Shown here piece after piece: positions 53,562 through 63,450 of a stretch of 64,000 nucleotides of DNA; positions within the stretch are counted from its first letter, which is position 1, and each line of letters starts with the position of its first letter. Source of the DNA: an uncultured Prevotella sp. (GTDB lineage: Bacteria > Bacteroidota > Bacteroidia > Bacteroidales > Bacteroidaceae); assembly GCA_946998295.1 (NCBI GenBank), contig CAMPYS010000001.1, positions 35,602 to 99,601 of the forward strand. The letters run 5' to 3'. The notes below the pieces were generated by a model. The model did no database searches. It was not told the DNA's origin and worked only from the letters and a program-made list of their open reading frames with translations. A program made the translations under genes and the position numbers.

Positions 53562-54071
53562 ATGAAAAAGTTAAAATGTCCAAAATGTAATAGTTTTATC
53601 ACATTTGATGAAACAAAATACGAAACAAATCAAAAACTCATTTTTAAATGTCCAAAATGTTATAATAAGTTTGGAATACGTTTAGGAAATTCTTTCTCTC
53701 AAGATAAGATAAATTCTTTAACTTCTACGGATAATTGCATATATGGTTATCTATGTGTAATTGAAAATTGTTTTCATTATAAACAGATAATACCTCTACA
53801 TGAAGGGTTAAACATAATTGGTCGTTTTCACAAAGGAAATAACATTAATTGCCCAATTAAAACAGTAGATCCAAGTATAGACTATAATCACTGTTCAATA
53901 AATGTTATAAAAGATAAAGAAAATCATTTTAAATACATCTTAAAGGATGGGCCATCAAATACAGGAACTTTTGTTAGCAACCAACTTTTAGAAGATAATG
54001 AGCAGCGTATAATAGACCATAAAACATTATTTACCATAGGTGCAACAAGTATTATACTTTATACAAAGTAG
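53562..54071 (+). CDS. zinc-ribbon + FHA domain protein
   Basis: N-terminal CPKC-x17-CPKC zinc ribbon. C-terminal FHA-like region (LNIIGRFHKGN…HCSINV…DGPSNTGTFVSNQLL…). Length 169 aa. Confidence 0.5.
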   Translation: MKKLKCPKCNSFITFDETKYETNQKLIFKCPKCYNKFGIRLGNSFSQDKINSLTSTDNCIYGYLCVIENCFHYKQIIPLHEGLNIIGRFHKGNNINCPIKTVDPSIDYNHCSINVIKDKENHFKYILKDGPSNTGTFVSNQLLEDNEQRIIDHKTLFTIGATSIILYTK

Positions 54072-54472
54072 TTAATATGTTTTTCTATTACAAACTTTTT
54101 TATTACTATATATTAATAAAGATTATTTTAGCCACTACTTCACTTCTAAATAAGTTTGGTTTTCATACATAATCTAATTTCTGTTACTTTCTTCATTATT
54201 AAAAGAAATATCAAAAAGTTTTTTGATATATACACTTTGTCTGCAAATAGTTTTCCATACAGACATTTAGCAAGAGACTTAAATATATTTCTTAGTTTTT
54301 ACTCTTTAGCACAGAAATTTACTTCTATAAAAATAAAGGGTATTATCCTCAATAGATCTTATTATCTACTACTGAATTTTAGGCATAAAGCACAAACCAT
54401 TTATGAAATTATCACTTTATAGCTACTTTTTTATCTATCTTAGCCATTTTTTTTTGAGTTTAGGAAAATATT

Positions 54473-54518
54473 AGGGCTGTATTTCCATTGAAAAATACAG
54501 CCCTTTGTTTTCTTTTTT
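54473..54518 (+). terminator. strong plus-strand rho-independent terminator, about 400 nt from the nearest upstream plus-strand gene
   Basis: Perfect 12-bp stem AGGGCTGTATTT / AAATACAGCCCT with an 8-nt loop, followed by TTGTTTTCTTTTTT. Confidence 0.65.
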
Positions 54519-54570
54519 ACCTAAATTACAATTATATATATGTCTTATCTGATAGTAATAACTAACAGTA

Positions 54571-55047
54571 TTAATATAGATTAACCTTATCAATTAATTG
54601 TTCCTTACCACAGTAATGGCATTTTACAATACTATGGTTATCATCTAAAACTTTAAATAACGATTTCATCGGTTCATTATTTGAGATACATTTAGGATTA
54701 TTACATCTAATAATCCCTTTGAGAGTACTAGGAGTTATAACTTTCTTTTTTTCTACAACATCATATTTATGTATTATATTTAACACCACATTAGGTGCAA
54801 TAACTGATAACCTAGATATTTCATCATCAGTAAAAAACTTATTACTTACTTTTATAATACCTTTTTCTCCAATTTTGTTTGATGTCAAGTTATACCCTAT
54901 TGTAACAGGTGAAGATAATTTTTCTACTTCCAAAAGTTTTGCAACTTGAAAAGTCTTACCGACAGGAATATGATCTATAACAGTTCCCTCTTCTATTGCA
55001 GCAACTAATCTTTCTTTTTTTGCCATATCTAAAGATTTAATATTCAA
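54571..55047 (-). CDS. pyrI: aspartate carbamoyltransferase regulatory subunit
   Basis: PyrI N-domain plus C-terminal Zn domain (CNNPKCI…CHYCGK). Overlaps pyrB. Confidence 0.85.
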   Translation of the reverse strand: MNIKSLDMAKKERLVAAIEEGTVIDHIPVGKTFQVAKLLEVEKLSSPVTIGYNLTSNKIGEKGIIKVSNKFFTDDEISRLSVIAPNVVLNIIHKYDVVEKKKVITPSTLKGIIRCNNPKCISNNEPMKSLFKVLDDNHSIVKCHYCGKEQLIDKVNLY

Positions 55048-55987
55048 TTATTGTTTTGTCGTTTTTGATATCATCCAAATTTATGCCTAAGCAATGAGAA
55101 AAGATTGCTTCACGTGCAAAGACCCCATTTCTTGCTTGCTGAATATAATAAGCATGTGGATTATTATCTACATCATAATCTATTTCGTTAACGCGTGGTA
55201 AAGGATGTAATATGCGCATATTAGATTTTGCAGAACTAAGCATATCATTATGTAATATGTAAGTATCTTTAACTTTTTCATATTCCATTATATCAGTAAA
55301 TCGCTCTCTCTGCACTCTTGTCATATATATTATATCCGATTTTGCTATCAGCTCTTTGCTAAAATCATGATGTTGTTCATATTTAATATTATTTATTTTA
55401 CAATATATTTTATATTCTTCTGGCAGTTCTAATTCTTTAGGTGATAGAAAATGAAATGTTGGAGAAAAATGTCTCATAGCCATTATCAAAGAGTGTACAG
55501 TTCTTCCATATTTCAAATCGCCTACAAGCAATATGTTTAAATTGTTTAAAGTTCCTTGTGTTTGATATATTGTATATAAATCAAGTAGACACTGTGATGG
55601 GTGTTGATTAGAACCATCTCCTGCATTAATTATTGGAACAGGAGCTATTTCTGCAGCATATTGAGCAGCACCTTCCAAATAGTGTCGCATTACAATTGCA
55701 TCTGCATAATTACTAACCATTAGAATTGTATCTTTTAAGGTCTCACCTTTACTAACACTTGAAACCTTTGCATCAGTAAAACCTATTACTTTTGCTCCTA
55801 ATCTATTGGCTGCTGTTTCAAAACTAAGTCGTGTTCTTGTTGAAGGCTCATAAAATAATGTAGCAATTATTTTACCTTTAAGAATTTCTCTATTCGGATG
55901 CTTTTCAAACTCTTTTATCATATTAATAAGGTACATAATATAGTCCTTATCTAATGTTTTAATATTTACAAAATTATGTTTTTCCAT
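55037..55987 (-). CDS. pyrB: aspartate carbamoyltransferase catalytic subunit
   Basis: STRTR carbamoyl-phosphate binding motif and HPSQ/ HPLP motifs. Confidence 0.9.
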   Translation of the reverse strand: MEKHNFVNIKTLDKDYIMYLINMIKEFEKHPNREILKGKIIATLFYEPSTRTRLSFETAANRLGAKVIGFTDAKVSSVSKGETLKDTILMVSNYADAIVMRHYLEGAAQYAAEIAPVPIINAGDGSNQHPSQCLLDLYTIYQTQGTLNNLNILLVGDLKYGRTVHSLIMAMRHFSPTFHFLSPKELELPEEYKIYCKINNIKYEQHHDFSKELIAKSDIIYMTRVQRERFTDIMEYEKVKDTYILHNDMLSSAKSNMRILHPLPRVNEIDYDVDNNPHAYYIQQARNGVFAREAIFSHCLGINLDDIKNDKTIIEY

Positions 55988-56018
55988 TATATGTAATTTT
56001 CTATATACATTATTTTGA

Positions 56019-56052
56019 AAATAGGTCGAACAATAAAAAGTCCGACCTATTT
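56019..56052 (-). terminator. hairpin terminator between prs and pyrB
   Basis: 10-bp stem AAATAGGTCG / CGACCTATTT with a 14-nt loop. T-rich flanks. Confidence 0.45.
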
Positions 56053-56085
56053 TTAAATTTATATAATCAAAGCAAATATTTTATT

Positions 56086-57024
56086 TTAAATCAAATATTG
56101 TGATGAAATACTTTCATTGTTAACTACACGCTGAATAGTATCTGCAAACATATCTGCAACCGATATTTGTTTTACTTTTGAGCATCGTGAAGTATATGGT
56201 ATAGAGTCTGTGAAAACTATTTCTTCAAGTGCAGATGCTTCAATACGTTCTGTTGCTGGTCCACTCATTACACAGTGTGATGCACATGCACGTACACTTT
56301 TGGCACCAGCCTCTTTCATTATATCTGCAGCTTTGGTTATTGTACCAGCAGTATCAACAATGTCATCAACTAATATAACATTTTTATCTTTAACATCTCC
56401 GATAATCTGCATAGATGAAACAACATTAGCACGCGCCCGAGTTTTATTACACAAAACTAATGGACATCCAAAATATTTTGCATACGTATTAGCTCGTTTT
56501 GAACCTCCAACATCAGGACTCGCTATAGCTAAATCTTTAAGTTTTAAACTTTGTACATATGGCAATAACACTCCACTTGCATAAAGGTGATCTACAGGAA
56601 CATCAAAGAATCCTTGTATTTGGTCAGCATGCAAGTCCATAGTTATTAGTCTATCTATTCCTGTAACACCCAATAGATCTGCTATAAGTTTTGCACCTAT
56701 GCTTACTCTTGGTCTATCCTTTCTGTCTTGTCTTGCCCAACCGAAATAAGGAACTACAGCATTTATCGTTTTTGCAGAAGCTCGTTTAGCTGCATCTATC
56801 ATTAGCAATAATTCCATAAGGTTGTCCGAGTTAGGAAATGTGCTTTGAATTAAATAGACATCTTTTCCTCTAATACTTTGTTCATACGATACAACAAATT
56901 CACCATCTGAAAAGCGTGTCATTAAAGATTTTCCCAAAGGACAGCCTAAGCTTGTGCATATTTTTTCAGCAAGGTATCTTGATTTTGTACCAGAAAATAC
57001 TAAAAAAGAGTTTTGTTCACTCAT
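56086..57024 (-). CDS. prs: ribose-phosphate pyrophosphokinase
   Basis: PRPP synthetase motifs (…DLHADQIQGFF…, PRPP-binding VDDIVDTAGT). Confidence 0.9.
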   Translation of the reverse strand: MSEQNSFLVFSGTKSRYLAEKICTSLGCPLGKSLMTRFSDGEFVVSYEQSIRGKDVYLIQSTFPNSDNLMELLLMIDAAKRASAKTINAVVPYFGWARQDRKDRPRVSIGAKLIADLLGVTGIDRLITMDLHADQIQGFFDVPVDHLYASGVLLPYVQSLKLKDLAIASPDVGGSKRANTYAKYFGCPLVLCNKTRARANVVSSMQIIGDVKDKNVILVDDIVDTAGTITKAADIMKEAGAKSVRACASHCVMSGPATERIEASALEEIVFTDSIPYTSRCSKVKQISVADMFADTIQRVVNNESISSQYLI

Positions 57025-57239
57025 TTGTTATATAAATTAAATCGATATGATAGTTTTTGATTTTGTCATGCAGAATAAAATAGTATGAAATAACTTATTA
57101 TATATAAAAATAATGATTTAATAATTACTATCTTAATATTACATTTAGTTATAGAAGAAATCTTATATTTATGTAAATACTATTTTTTATTTTCAAATGC
57201 AAAGGTAAATATTTTTTCTTATTGTTACAAATTAATAGT

Positions 57240-57247
57240 TATATTTG
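57240..57247 (+). promoter_or_regulatory. -7 promoter motif TAtaTTTG immediately upstream of ATG 57252 (leaderless-type)
   Basis: The motif ends 4 nt before the ATG. Confidence 0.35.
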
Positions 57248-57251
57248 CAAT

Positions 57252-58415
57252 ATGAAAATAAATTTATCATTATTGGCATCTTTTAAGAAACCTATGTATA
57301 TATTGTATGAAGATGCACTAAGAAAAAATTTGGCTCTTATTAAAAATGTTGCAAAGAAAGCTGATGTAAATATAATTTTAGCGTTTAAAGCATATTCTTT
57401 ATGGCGTACTTTTCCTATTTTTAGAGAATATATTTCTGCAACAACAGCATCTTCACTATATGAAGCAAAACTTGGTTTTGAGGAGTTTGGTAGTCCTACT
57501 CATACATATTCACCAGCTTATACCGATTATGAAATAGATGAGATTGCAAAATATTCTTCCCATTTAGTTTTCAATTCTATTAGTCAGTATAGACGTCTAC
57601 ATGAAAGGGTAAAAGAACACAATTCAAACTTAAGTATTGGTATACGTATTAATCCTCAATATTCAGAAGTAGATACACTATTATATAACCCTTGCGCACC
57701 TGGTACACGATTTGGAATAACAGCAGATGAACTACCACAATATTTGCCTAATGATATAGAAGGTTTTCATGTACATTGCCATTGTGAGAGTGGAAGCGAC
57801 GTCTTCGAAAGGACTCTTAACCATATAGAATTATTATTTGATAAATGGTTCAACCAAATAAAGTGGATAAATTTTGGTGGAGGTCATCTTATGACAAGGA
57901 AAGGATATGATATAGATAAATTGATTTATCTATTAACTGATTTTAAAAATCGTTGGAGCCACCTAAATATTATACTTGAACCAGGCAGTGCATTTGCTTG
58001 GCAAACAGGGATATTAGTAGCACAAGTAGTAGATATTGTTTTCAATGAAAGTATAGCTACAGCTATACTTAATATCAGCTTTACTTGTCATACTCCCGAT
58101 TGTCTTGAAATGCCTTATCAACCTATTGTATATGGTGCTAAAATTGTAGATGATAGCTATAAAGAAAAGAAAAATGTGTACAGATTAGGCGGCAATAGTT
58201 GTTTGAGTGGCGATTGGCTTGGATATTGGCAATTCGATCATGAATTGCAAATAGGAGAAACTATAGTCTTTGATGATATGCTCCATTATACAACTGTTAA
58301 GACTACAATGTTTAATGGAATAACCCACCCATCAATAGCACTATTACGTTCTAATGGCGAACTTAAAATATTAAAAAGATTCAATTATTCTGATTACCGC
58401 TCACGTATGGATTAA
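57252..58415 (+). CDS. nspC: carboxynorspermidine/carboxyspermidine decarboxylase
   Basis: PLP-dependent fold-III decarboxylase. ILAFKAYSLWRTFPIFREYISATTASSLYEAKLGFEEFGSPTHTYSPAYTD closely resembles the NspC N-terminus. The start is taken at MKINLS, not ORF-track 57222. Confidence 0.7.
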   Translation: MKINLSLLASFKKPMYILYEDALRKNLALIKNVAKKADVNIILAFKAYSLWRTFPIFREYISATTASSLYEAKLGFEEFGSPTHTYSPAYTDYEIDEIAKYSSHLVFNSISQYRRLHERVKEHNSNLSIGIRINPQYSEVDTLLYNPCAPGTRFGITADELPQYLPNDIEGFHVHCHCESGSDVFERTLNHIELLFDKWFNQIKWINFGGGHLMTRKGYDIDKLIYLLTDFKNRWSHLNIILEPGSAFAWQTGILVAQVVDIVFNESIATAILNISFTCHTPDCLEMPYQPIVYGAKIVDDSYKEKKNVYRLGGNSCLSGDWLGYWQFDHELQIGETIVFDDMLHYTTVKTTMFNGITHPSIALLRSNGELKILKRFNYSDYRSRMD

Positions 58416-58430
58416 TTTTTAATTTAATTA

Positions 58431-58476
58431 AATTATCATATATACTTATGGCATAATTGTTGTTTTATGATAACTA
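58431..58476. promoter_or_regulatory. inverted repeat AATTATCATA...TATGATAACT upstream of the COG0523 gene (candidate Zur/Fur-type operator)
   Basis: Half-sites at about 58431-58440 and 58466-58476, 8 of 9 positions complementary. They resemble TGATAAT/ATTATCA metalloregulator half-sites. The downstream gene is a His-rich CobW/COG0523 GTPase. Confidence 0.3.
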
Positions 58477-58497
58477 TATATTAAAACATATAATAAT

Positions 58498-59682
58498 ATG
58501 AATATTAAAAAAACACAAGTACTGCTTTTAACAGGTTACCTTGGCAGTGGAAAAACAACTTTAGTTAATAAAATTTTATCAAATAAAAAGGGGATAAAAT
58601 TTGCAGTTATTGTTAATGATATTGGCGAAGTAAATATTGATGCTGATTTAATAGAAAAAGGAGGTATTGTTGACCAAAAAGATGATTCTTTAGTAGCACT
58701 TCAAAATGGGTGTATTTGTTGTACTCTAAAAGTTGATTTAGTAAAACAATTAAGCGATATTATTAAATCAAATAAATTTGATTATATTGTAATAGAAGCA
58801 AGTGGAGTGTGCGAACCTGCTCCAATAGCACAAACAATATGTAGCTATCCCCAAGTTTATCCAGGAATGGCACGTGATGGAATTGCTGTTTTAGACTCCA
58901 TCGTTACTGTTGTTGATGCTTGTAGGATGAGAGATGAGTTTTCTAAAGGTAATGACTTATTAAAGAAAAATTTAGACGAAGACGATATTGAAAATCTTCT
59001 TATACAACAAATAGAGTTTTGCAATACTATTTTACTTAACAAAGTAGCTGATGTAAAACCTGAAGATTTGGCAGTAGTCAAACAAATAATACGATCATTG
59101 CAACCTAAAGCTGAAATAATAGAATGCAACTATGGGGATGTTGATTTTAATCGTATATTAAATACTCACGCATTTGATTTTGATAGTGTCGCTACTTCTG
59201 CTTCTTGGATTGCAGCTATTGAAGGTGATGAGCCAGAACATCATGAGGAACACCACCATGAGCATCATCACCATGAGCATGGAATAGAGAATGAAGAAAG
59301 TGGCGAAGCATTAGAATATAATATAGGAACATTTGTTTATTATCGCCGCAAGCCATTCGATATAAATTTGTTCGATGATTTCGTTGCACGTAAATGGAAT
59401 AAGAGTATTATACGTTGCAAAGGATTATGTTATTTTTCAAATGAAAAAGATATATGTTATGTTTTTGAGCAAGCTGGAAAACAAGTAAGTTTACGTAATG
59501 CAGGACAGTGGTATGCCACTATGCCAAAAGAAGAACTTATAGAGTTTCTTGCAAAAAATCCTAAATTAGAAAAAGATTGGGAAGAGCCTTATGGTGATAG
59601 AATGCAAAAATTGGTGTTTATAGGGCGTGATATGGATAAACAAGCTATATGTGATGAACTTGATAAATGTCTAAAAGAATAA
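58498..59682 (+). CDS. COG0523/CobW-family G3E GTPase (putative zinc metallochaperone) with His-rich insertion
   Basis: Walker A GYLGSGKTT, CxCC motif (GCICCTL), and His-rich stretch EPEHHEEHHHEHHHHEHG at about 59236-59290. Confidence 0.8.
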   Translation: MNIKKTQVLLLTGYLGSGKTTLVNKILSNKKGIKFAVIVNDIGEVNIDADLIEKGGIVDQKDDSLVALQNGCICCTLKVDLVKQLSDIIKSNKFDYIVIEASGVCEPAPIAQTICSYPQVYPGMARDGIAVLDSIVTVVDACRMRDEFSKGNDLLKKNLDEDDIENLLIQQIEFCNTILLNKVADVKPEDLAVVKQIIRSLQPKAEIIECNYGDVDFNRILNTHAFDFDSVATSASWIAAIEGDEPEHHEEHHHEHHHHEHGIENEESGEALEYNIGTFVYYRRKPFDINLFDDFVARKWNKSIIRCKGLCYFSNEKDICYVFEQAGKQVSLRNAGQWYATMPKEELIEFLAKNPKLEKDWEEPYGDRMQKLVFIGRDMDKQAICDELDKCLKE

Positions 59683-59731
59683 TTTTCCTTTTGTACATTT
59701 CATTCAACAATATTCTATTATAATAAAAAAG

Positions 59732-59761
59732 CTCCTTTGACCTATTTATAGATCAAAGGAG
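59732..59761. terminator. bidirectional rho-independent terminator (COG0523 gene + / glyA -)
   Basis: 9-bp stem CTCCTTTGA / TCAAAGGAG with a 12-nt loop. A-run upstream and T-run downstream. Confidence 0.55.
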
Positions 59762-59798
59762 TTTATGCTATGAGAAATTTTTGCTATATTAGTGTTTG

Positions 59799-61079
59799 TT
59801 AATATGCAAATAAAGGATAGTTCTTCATTGTTGAATTAACTTTTTCACGAACACTTGCTATAACTTTATCATCGTCTGGTGAAGTTAAAACAGTGTCTAT
59901 TAGTTCTGCAACTAATAACATAAGGTCTTCTTTAATACCACGTGTTGTCATAGCAGCTGTTCCAAGACGTATTCCTGATGTCTTAAATGCTGAACGTGTA
60001 TCAAATGGAACCATATTTTTATTTACAGTTATATCGGCAGCTACAAGTGCATTTTCTGCTACTTTTCCTGTTAATTCTGGGAATTTTGTTCTTAAATCTA
60101 ACAACATAGAATGGTTATCTGTACCACCAGATACTATTCCATATCCACGTCTAACAAGTTCGTCTGCTAATACTGCAGCATTTTTCTTTACTTGTGTAGC
60201 ATATCCTTTCCAACTTGGTTGTAGTATTTCACCAAATGCAACAGCTTTAGCTGCAATAACGTGTTCCAATGGACCACCTTGATTACCTGGGAATACTGCA
60301 GAGTCAAGAATTTGACTCATCTTTTTAATAACTCCCTTAGGTGTTGTTATACCCCATGGGTTATCAAAATCTTTGCCCATCATTATAACACCACCACGTG
60401 GACCACGTAATGTTTTGTGTGTTGTGGTTGTTACTATATGAGCATATTTAACTGGGTTCTTAAGTAGACCTGCTGCTATTAAACCTGCAGGATGTGCCAT
60501 ATCTACCATAAATATAGCTCCAACTTCATCAGCTACTTTACGGAAACGTTCGTAGTCCCACTCACGGCTGTAGGCAGATGCACCAGCAATAATTAATTTT
60601 GGTTTATGCTCATGTGCCAATTCCTCCATTTTGTCATAGTCTACTCTTCCTGTTTCCTTATCAAGTTGGTAAGGTATAGGATGATAGAGAATACCAGAAT
60701 TATTTACTGGGCTACCATGAGACAAGTGTCCACCATGATTCAAGTCAAGTCCCATAAATTTATCGCCAGGCTTAAGTATAGCAGCTAACACAGCTTGATT
60801 AGCTTGTGCTCCAGAGTGTGGTTGTACATTAGCCCAACATGCGCCAAAAATTTCTTTTAGGCGTTCGATACATAATGTTTCCACAACATCTACAACTTGA
60901 CATCCACCATAGTAACGCTTACCTGGATAGCCTTCTGCATACTTGTTAGTAAGGCAGGAGCCCATAGCTTCCATTACCTCATCACTAACGAAGTTTTCAG
61001 ATGCAATCAACTCCATTCCTTTTAATTGGCGTTGATGCTCTTTTTCGATGAGATCAAATATCTCAACATCTTTTCTCAT
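59799..61079 (-). CDS. glyA: serine hydroxymethyltransferase
   Basis: SHMT PLP motif (…[14 protein letters not shown]…). Length 426 aa. Confidence 0.95.
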   Translation of the reverse strand: MRKDVEIFDLIEKEHQRQLKGMELIASENFVSDEVMEAMGSCLTNKYAEGYPGKRYYGGCQVVDVVETLCIERLKEIFGACWANVQPHSGAQANQAVLAAILKPGDKFMGLDLNHGGHLSHGSPVNNSGILYHPIPYQLDKETGRVDYDKMEELAHEHKPKLIIAGASAYSREWDYERFRKVADEVGAIFMVDMAHPAGLIAAGLLKNPVKYAHIVTTTTHKTLRGPRGGVIMMGKDFDNPWGITTPKGVIKKMSQILDSAVFPGNQGGPLEHVIAAKAVAFGEILQPSWKGYATQVKKNAAVLADELVRRGYGIVSGGTDNHSMLLDLRTKFPELTGKVAENALVAADITVNKNMVPFDTRSAFKTSGIRLGTAAMTTRGIKEDLMLLVAELIDTVLTSPDDDKVIASVREKVNSTMKNYPLFAY

Positions 61080-61151
61080 GTTGTTTAAGTATTAATTGTC
61101 CCTCCACAATTTATATTTATCATGTTGGAACGAGGTTATAATTATTGAATG

Positions 61152-61159
61152 CAAATATA
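61152..61159 (-). promoter_or_regulatory. -7 promoter motif (TAtaTTTG on minus strand) for glyA
   Basis: The plus strand reads CAAAtaTA about 73 nt upstream of the glyA start. Confidence 0.3.
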
Positions 61160-61303
61160 ATGATTTTATCTAATAAAGGCAAAAATTTGTTTTATATATT
61201 ATTTTTTCTCTCGTTAAATGATGATTTTTGTAAAGTTTACTTGTCATTTAGTTTGTCTTGAAAAAAAAGGAGTACATTTGTGGAATATTAGATATTTAGT
61301 TTA

Positions 61304-61319
61304 TAGTTGTCCACAACTA
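61304..61319. promoter_or_regulatory. perfect palindrome TAGTTGTccACAACTA upstream of the secreted hypothetical gene
   Basis: 7-2-7 palindrome about 50 nt upstream of the ATG at 61370. Candidate dimeric regulator site. Confidence 0.3.
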
Positions 61320-61369
61320 AATTAGATAGATAAAAAATAAATATTAATTAGTTGCAAAAATTAAGTTTT

Positions 61370-62584
61370 ATGACAAACCTAAATTTTAAATTATGCGTTT
61401 TACCTGTCCTTATATGGTTTATTGCAAATCCATTAAGTTCTTATGCCCAATATTCCTCGTATAATTCTATAAAACGGCAAATAATTGTAAAATACGATAA
61501 AGGACCAGATGGATTATTTCATAAGGTAGAAAATAAATTAGTTGATAGTGTGGATAGTGTGGAGTTATTTTATGCTTTTGATAAAAAGCATAATGACCTT
61601 TATGTTATGACATTTAGTGGAAATTATAAAATAACACTAAATGACGAAAGTGCTAAAAACATAAAACAAGATAAAAACATTCCGAAGGTTAAGGATAAAG
61701 AACTTCCAACTATTGTTTCGAATGTAAATGATGTACTTGCTAAAAGATTTCAGTTGATTAACAAGAAACATGAACATACTATAAAACTAAAACGTGAAAA
61801 AGAAATTGCAGATTCTATTGCTGAAGTTAAACGATTGGAAGAATTAAAAATAGAACAACAACGTATCAGTGAAGAGAAAGAGAATAGACGTAAAGAGTAT
61901 AAAGATAACCATATTTGGAGTATCATACCAACAAAAGGAATTAAAGTGAATTGTGAAATAGATGGTTGCAATGATACTCAATATTTAGATTCTGTTTTTT
62001 GTATAAAAATAATTGGTGATACTTTATTTTATTTAACTGAATATAATTTACAATTCAACCAAACTCAAACAGTTATTCATGCTGCATTTATATCTGATGA
62101 ACTAAAAAATAACAAGGACTTTATTTATCATATAGATGTATTTAAAGATAGTTTAATGACGTATGGAAACTTTAATTCAATAAATGATGTTAAAATTTTG
62201 AATCAAAAATTTTATGATATAAGTATTAATAATTTGAAACAAATCGCTCCTTTTGGCTTTATTATTAATTATTCATGGAATCTTGAAAATAATTTTCTCA
62301 ATTGTTTTAAGCTTTCTTACGCCAACTTGAACAAACAAACTGTTAAATATTTAGATATTTATTGGGCGATATTAAATGATGTTGGTGATGTAAGATGTAG
62401 AGGACATTTTAGCGGAACAGGCCCTGTAAAGTTTGGAAATGTAGGTGACTGGATTTGGGATAAAGATCTTTATTATTATATTGAAAGCAGAGATGCTACT
62501 AAGTTAAAAATAACCAAGTTAATAATTACTTATATGGATGGTCATAAAAAGATTTTAACGGGTAAACTGATAAAGATTGCTTAA
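61370..62584 (+). CDS. hypothetical secreted protein with central coiled-coil
   Basis: Signal peptide (MTNLNFKLCVLPVLIWFIANPLSSYAQ). K/E-rich helical segment (…KLKREKEIADSIAEVKRLEELKIEQQRISEEKENRRKEYK…). No recognised domain. The ORF-track start at 61352 is a TTG. Confidence 0.35.
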   Translation: MTNLNFKLCVLPVLIWFIANPLSSYAQYSSYNSIKRQIIVKYDKGPDGLFHKVENKLVDSVDSVELFYAFDKKHNDLYVMTFSGNYKITLNDESAKNIKQDKNIPKVKDKELPTIVSNVNDVLAKRFQLINKKHEHTIKLKREKEIADSIAEVKRLEELKIEQQRISEEKENRRKEYKDNHIWSIIPTKGIKVNCEIDGCNDTQYLDSVFCIKIIGDTLFYLTEYNLQFNQTQTVIHAAFISDELKNNKDFIYHIDVFKDSLMTYGNFNSINDVKILNQKFYDISINNLKQIAPFGFIINYSWNLENNFLNCFKLSYANLNKQTVKYLDIYWAILNDVGDVRCRGHFSGTGPVKFGNVGDWIWDKDLYYYIESRDATKLKITKLIITYMDGHKKILTGKLIKIA

Positions 62585-63060
62585 AAAATAACTATAAATC
62601 GTCTACAAAAGTTCGTATTGTAAAATCGTAGACAAATAATAAAAACATACTGACACAAAACACTTTCATCAAGAAAGTGCAACACTGTATTCTCATTTAT
62701 GTAAAATATATTTGCTATTACATAATAGGAATATTCCCTATGACAATTTTGTAAGGTACTATGATTGCAGTTTCATAAAATTGACAAGACAATGACTAAA
62801 GAAAATATTGCAGAACGAACGTAAAATGGAATTATTCAATTTATCATTCGAGGGTTAATTGTTACATACAGGGGAATAACCAACACAATCGGAGCATTAA
62901 AGATAGATAAAAAATATATACAAAAATGTATTTAAAAAAATTGCTGTTTAACGGCTATATACCGTAAATAATATTCTATATTTAAGGGCAGCCTTTACTA
63001 TAAAACATACTATTATAAATACCTATAAAACAAGGTCTTACAAAATAGCAAACAACTCTG

Positions 63061-63185
63061 ATAATCGTTTAAGTTAAAACCCAACTGCGTTTCTTCTTAA
63101 ATCGTTTCAATGCTTTAACTTAAACCTCTTCGGTCGTTTAACTTAAACTGTCTATACGCTTTAAGTTAAACTATTTTATAATCTC
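63061..63185. repeat. conserved ~125-bp noncoding element, copy B (four 13-bp palindromes GTTTAA-N-TTAAAC)
   Basis: Palindromes at about 63067-63080, 63112-63124, 63137-63149 and 63169-63181. Shares the ctgcgtt and cggtcgtt flanks and overall order with copy A at 34905-35030. Confidence 0.6.
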
Positions 63186-63370
63186 ATTTTGGAGGTAAAT
63201 TTTATTTACAATTATTGTTTTGCTACACTTTGTATATTTTTTGTTACCATTGCACTTTGTCGCTTTGTACACTATACTCGTGTGTCACTACCCTTCGTTA
63301 TTATTTGCCCTTTAATTAAATATATGTTCTATATCAGGCTTTCCCCATATTAAACTACTAAAAAACAACA

Positions 63371-63404
63371 AAGGGCTGACTTCCTTACTTGGATATCAGC
63401 CCTT
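63371..63404 (-). terminator. rho-independent terminator of ilvE (minus strand)
   Basis: 9-bp stem AAGGGCTGA / TCAGCCCTT with a 16-nt loop. On the minus strand it is followed by TTTGTTGTTTTTT. Confidence 0.55.
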
Positions 63405-63450
63405 CGTATTAAGAAACAAAATAATACCTACTTACACTGCTTAATATATA

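Noticed and set aside
54156-54422. 88-aa ORF in the FHA-pyrI spacer
   Set aside because: Low-complexity F/I/L/K-rich translation with no promoter motif. More likely noncoding; see the orphan terminator finding.
62591-62630. Weak hairpin GTCTAC…GTAGAC after ORF 61370-62584
   Set aside because: 6-bp stem with a 25-nt loop and no U-tract. Too weak to call a terminator.
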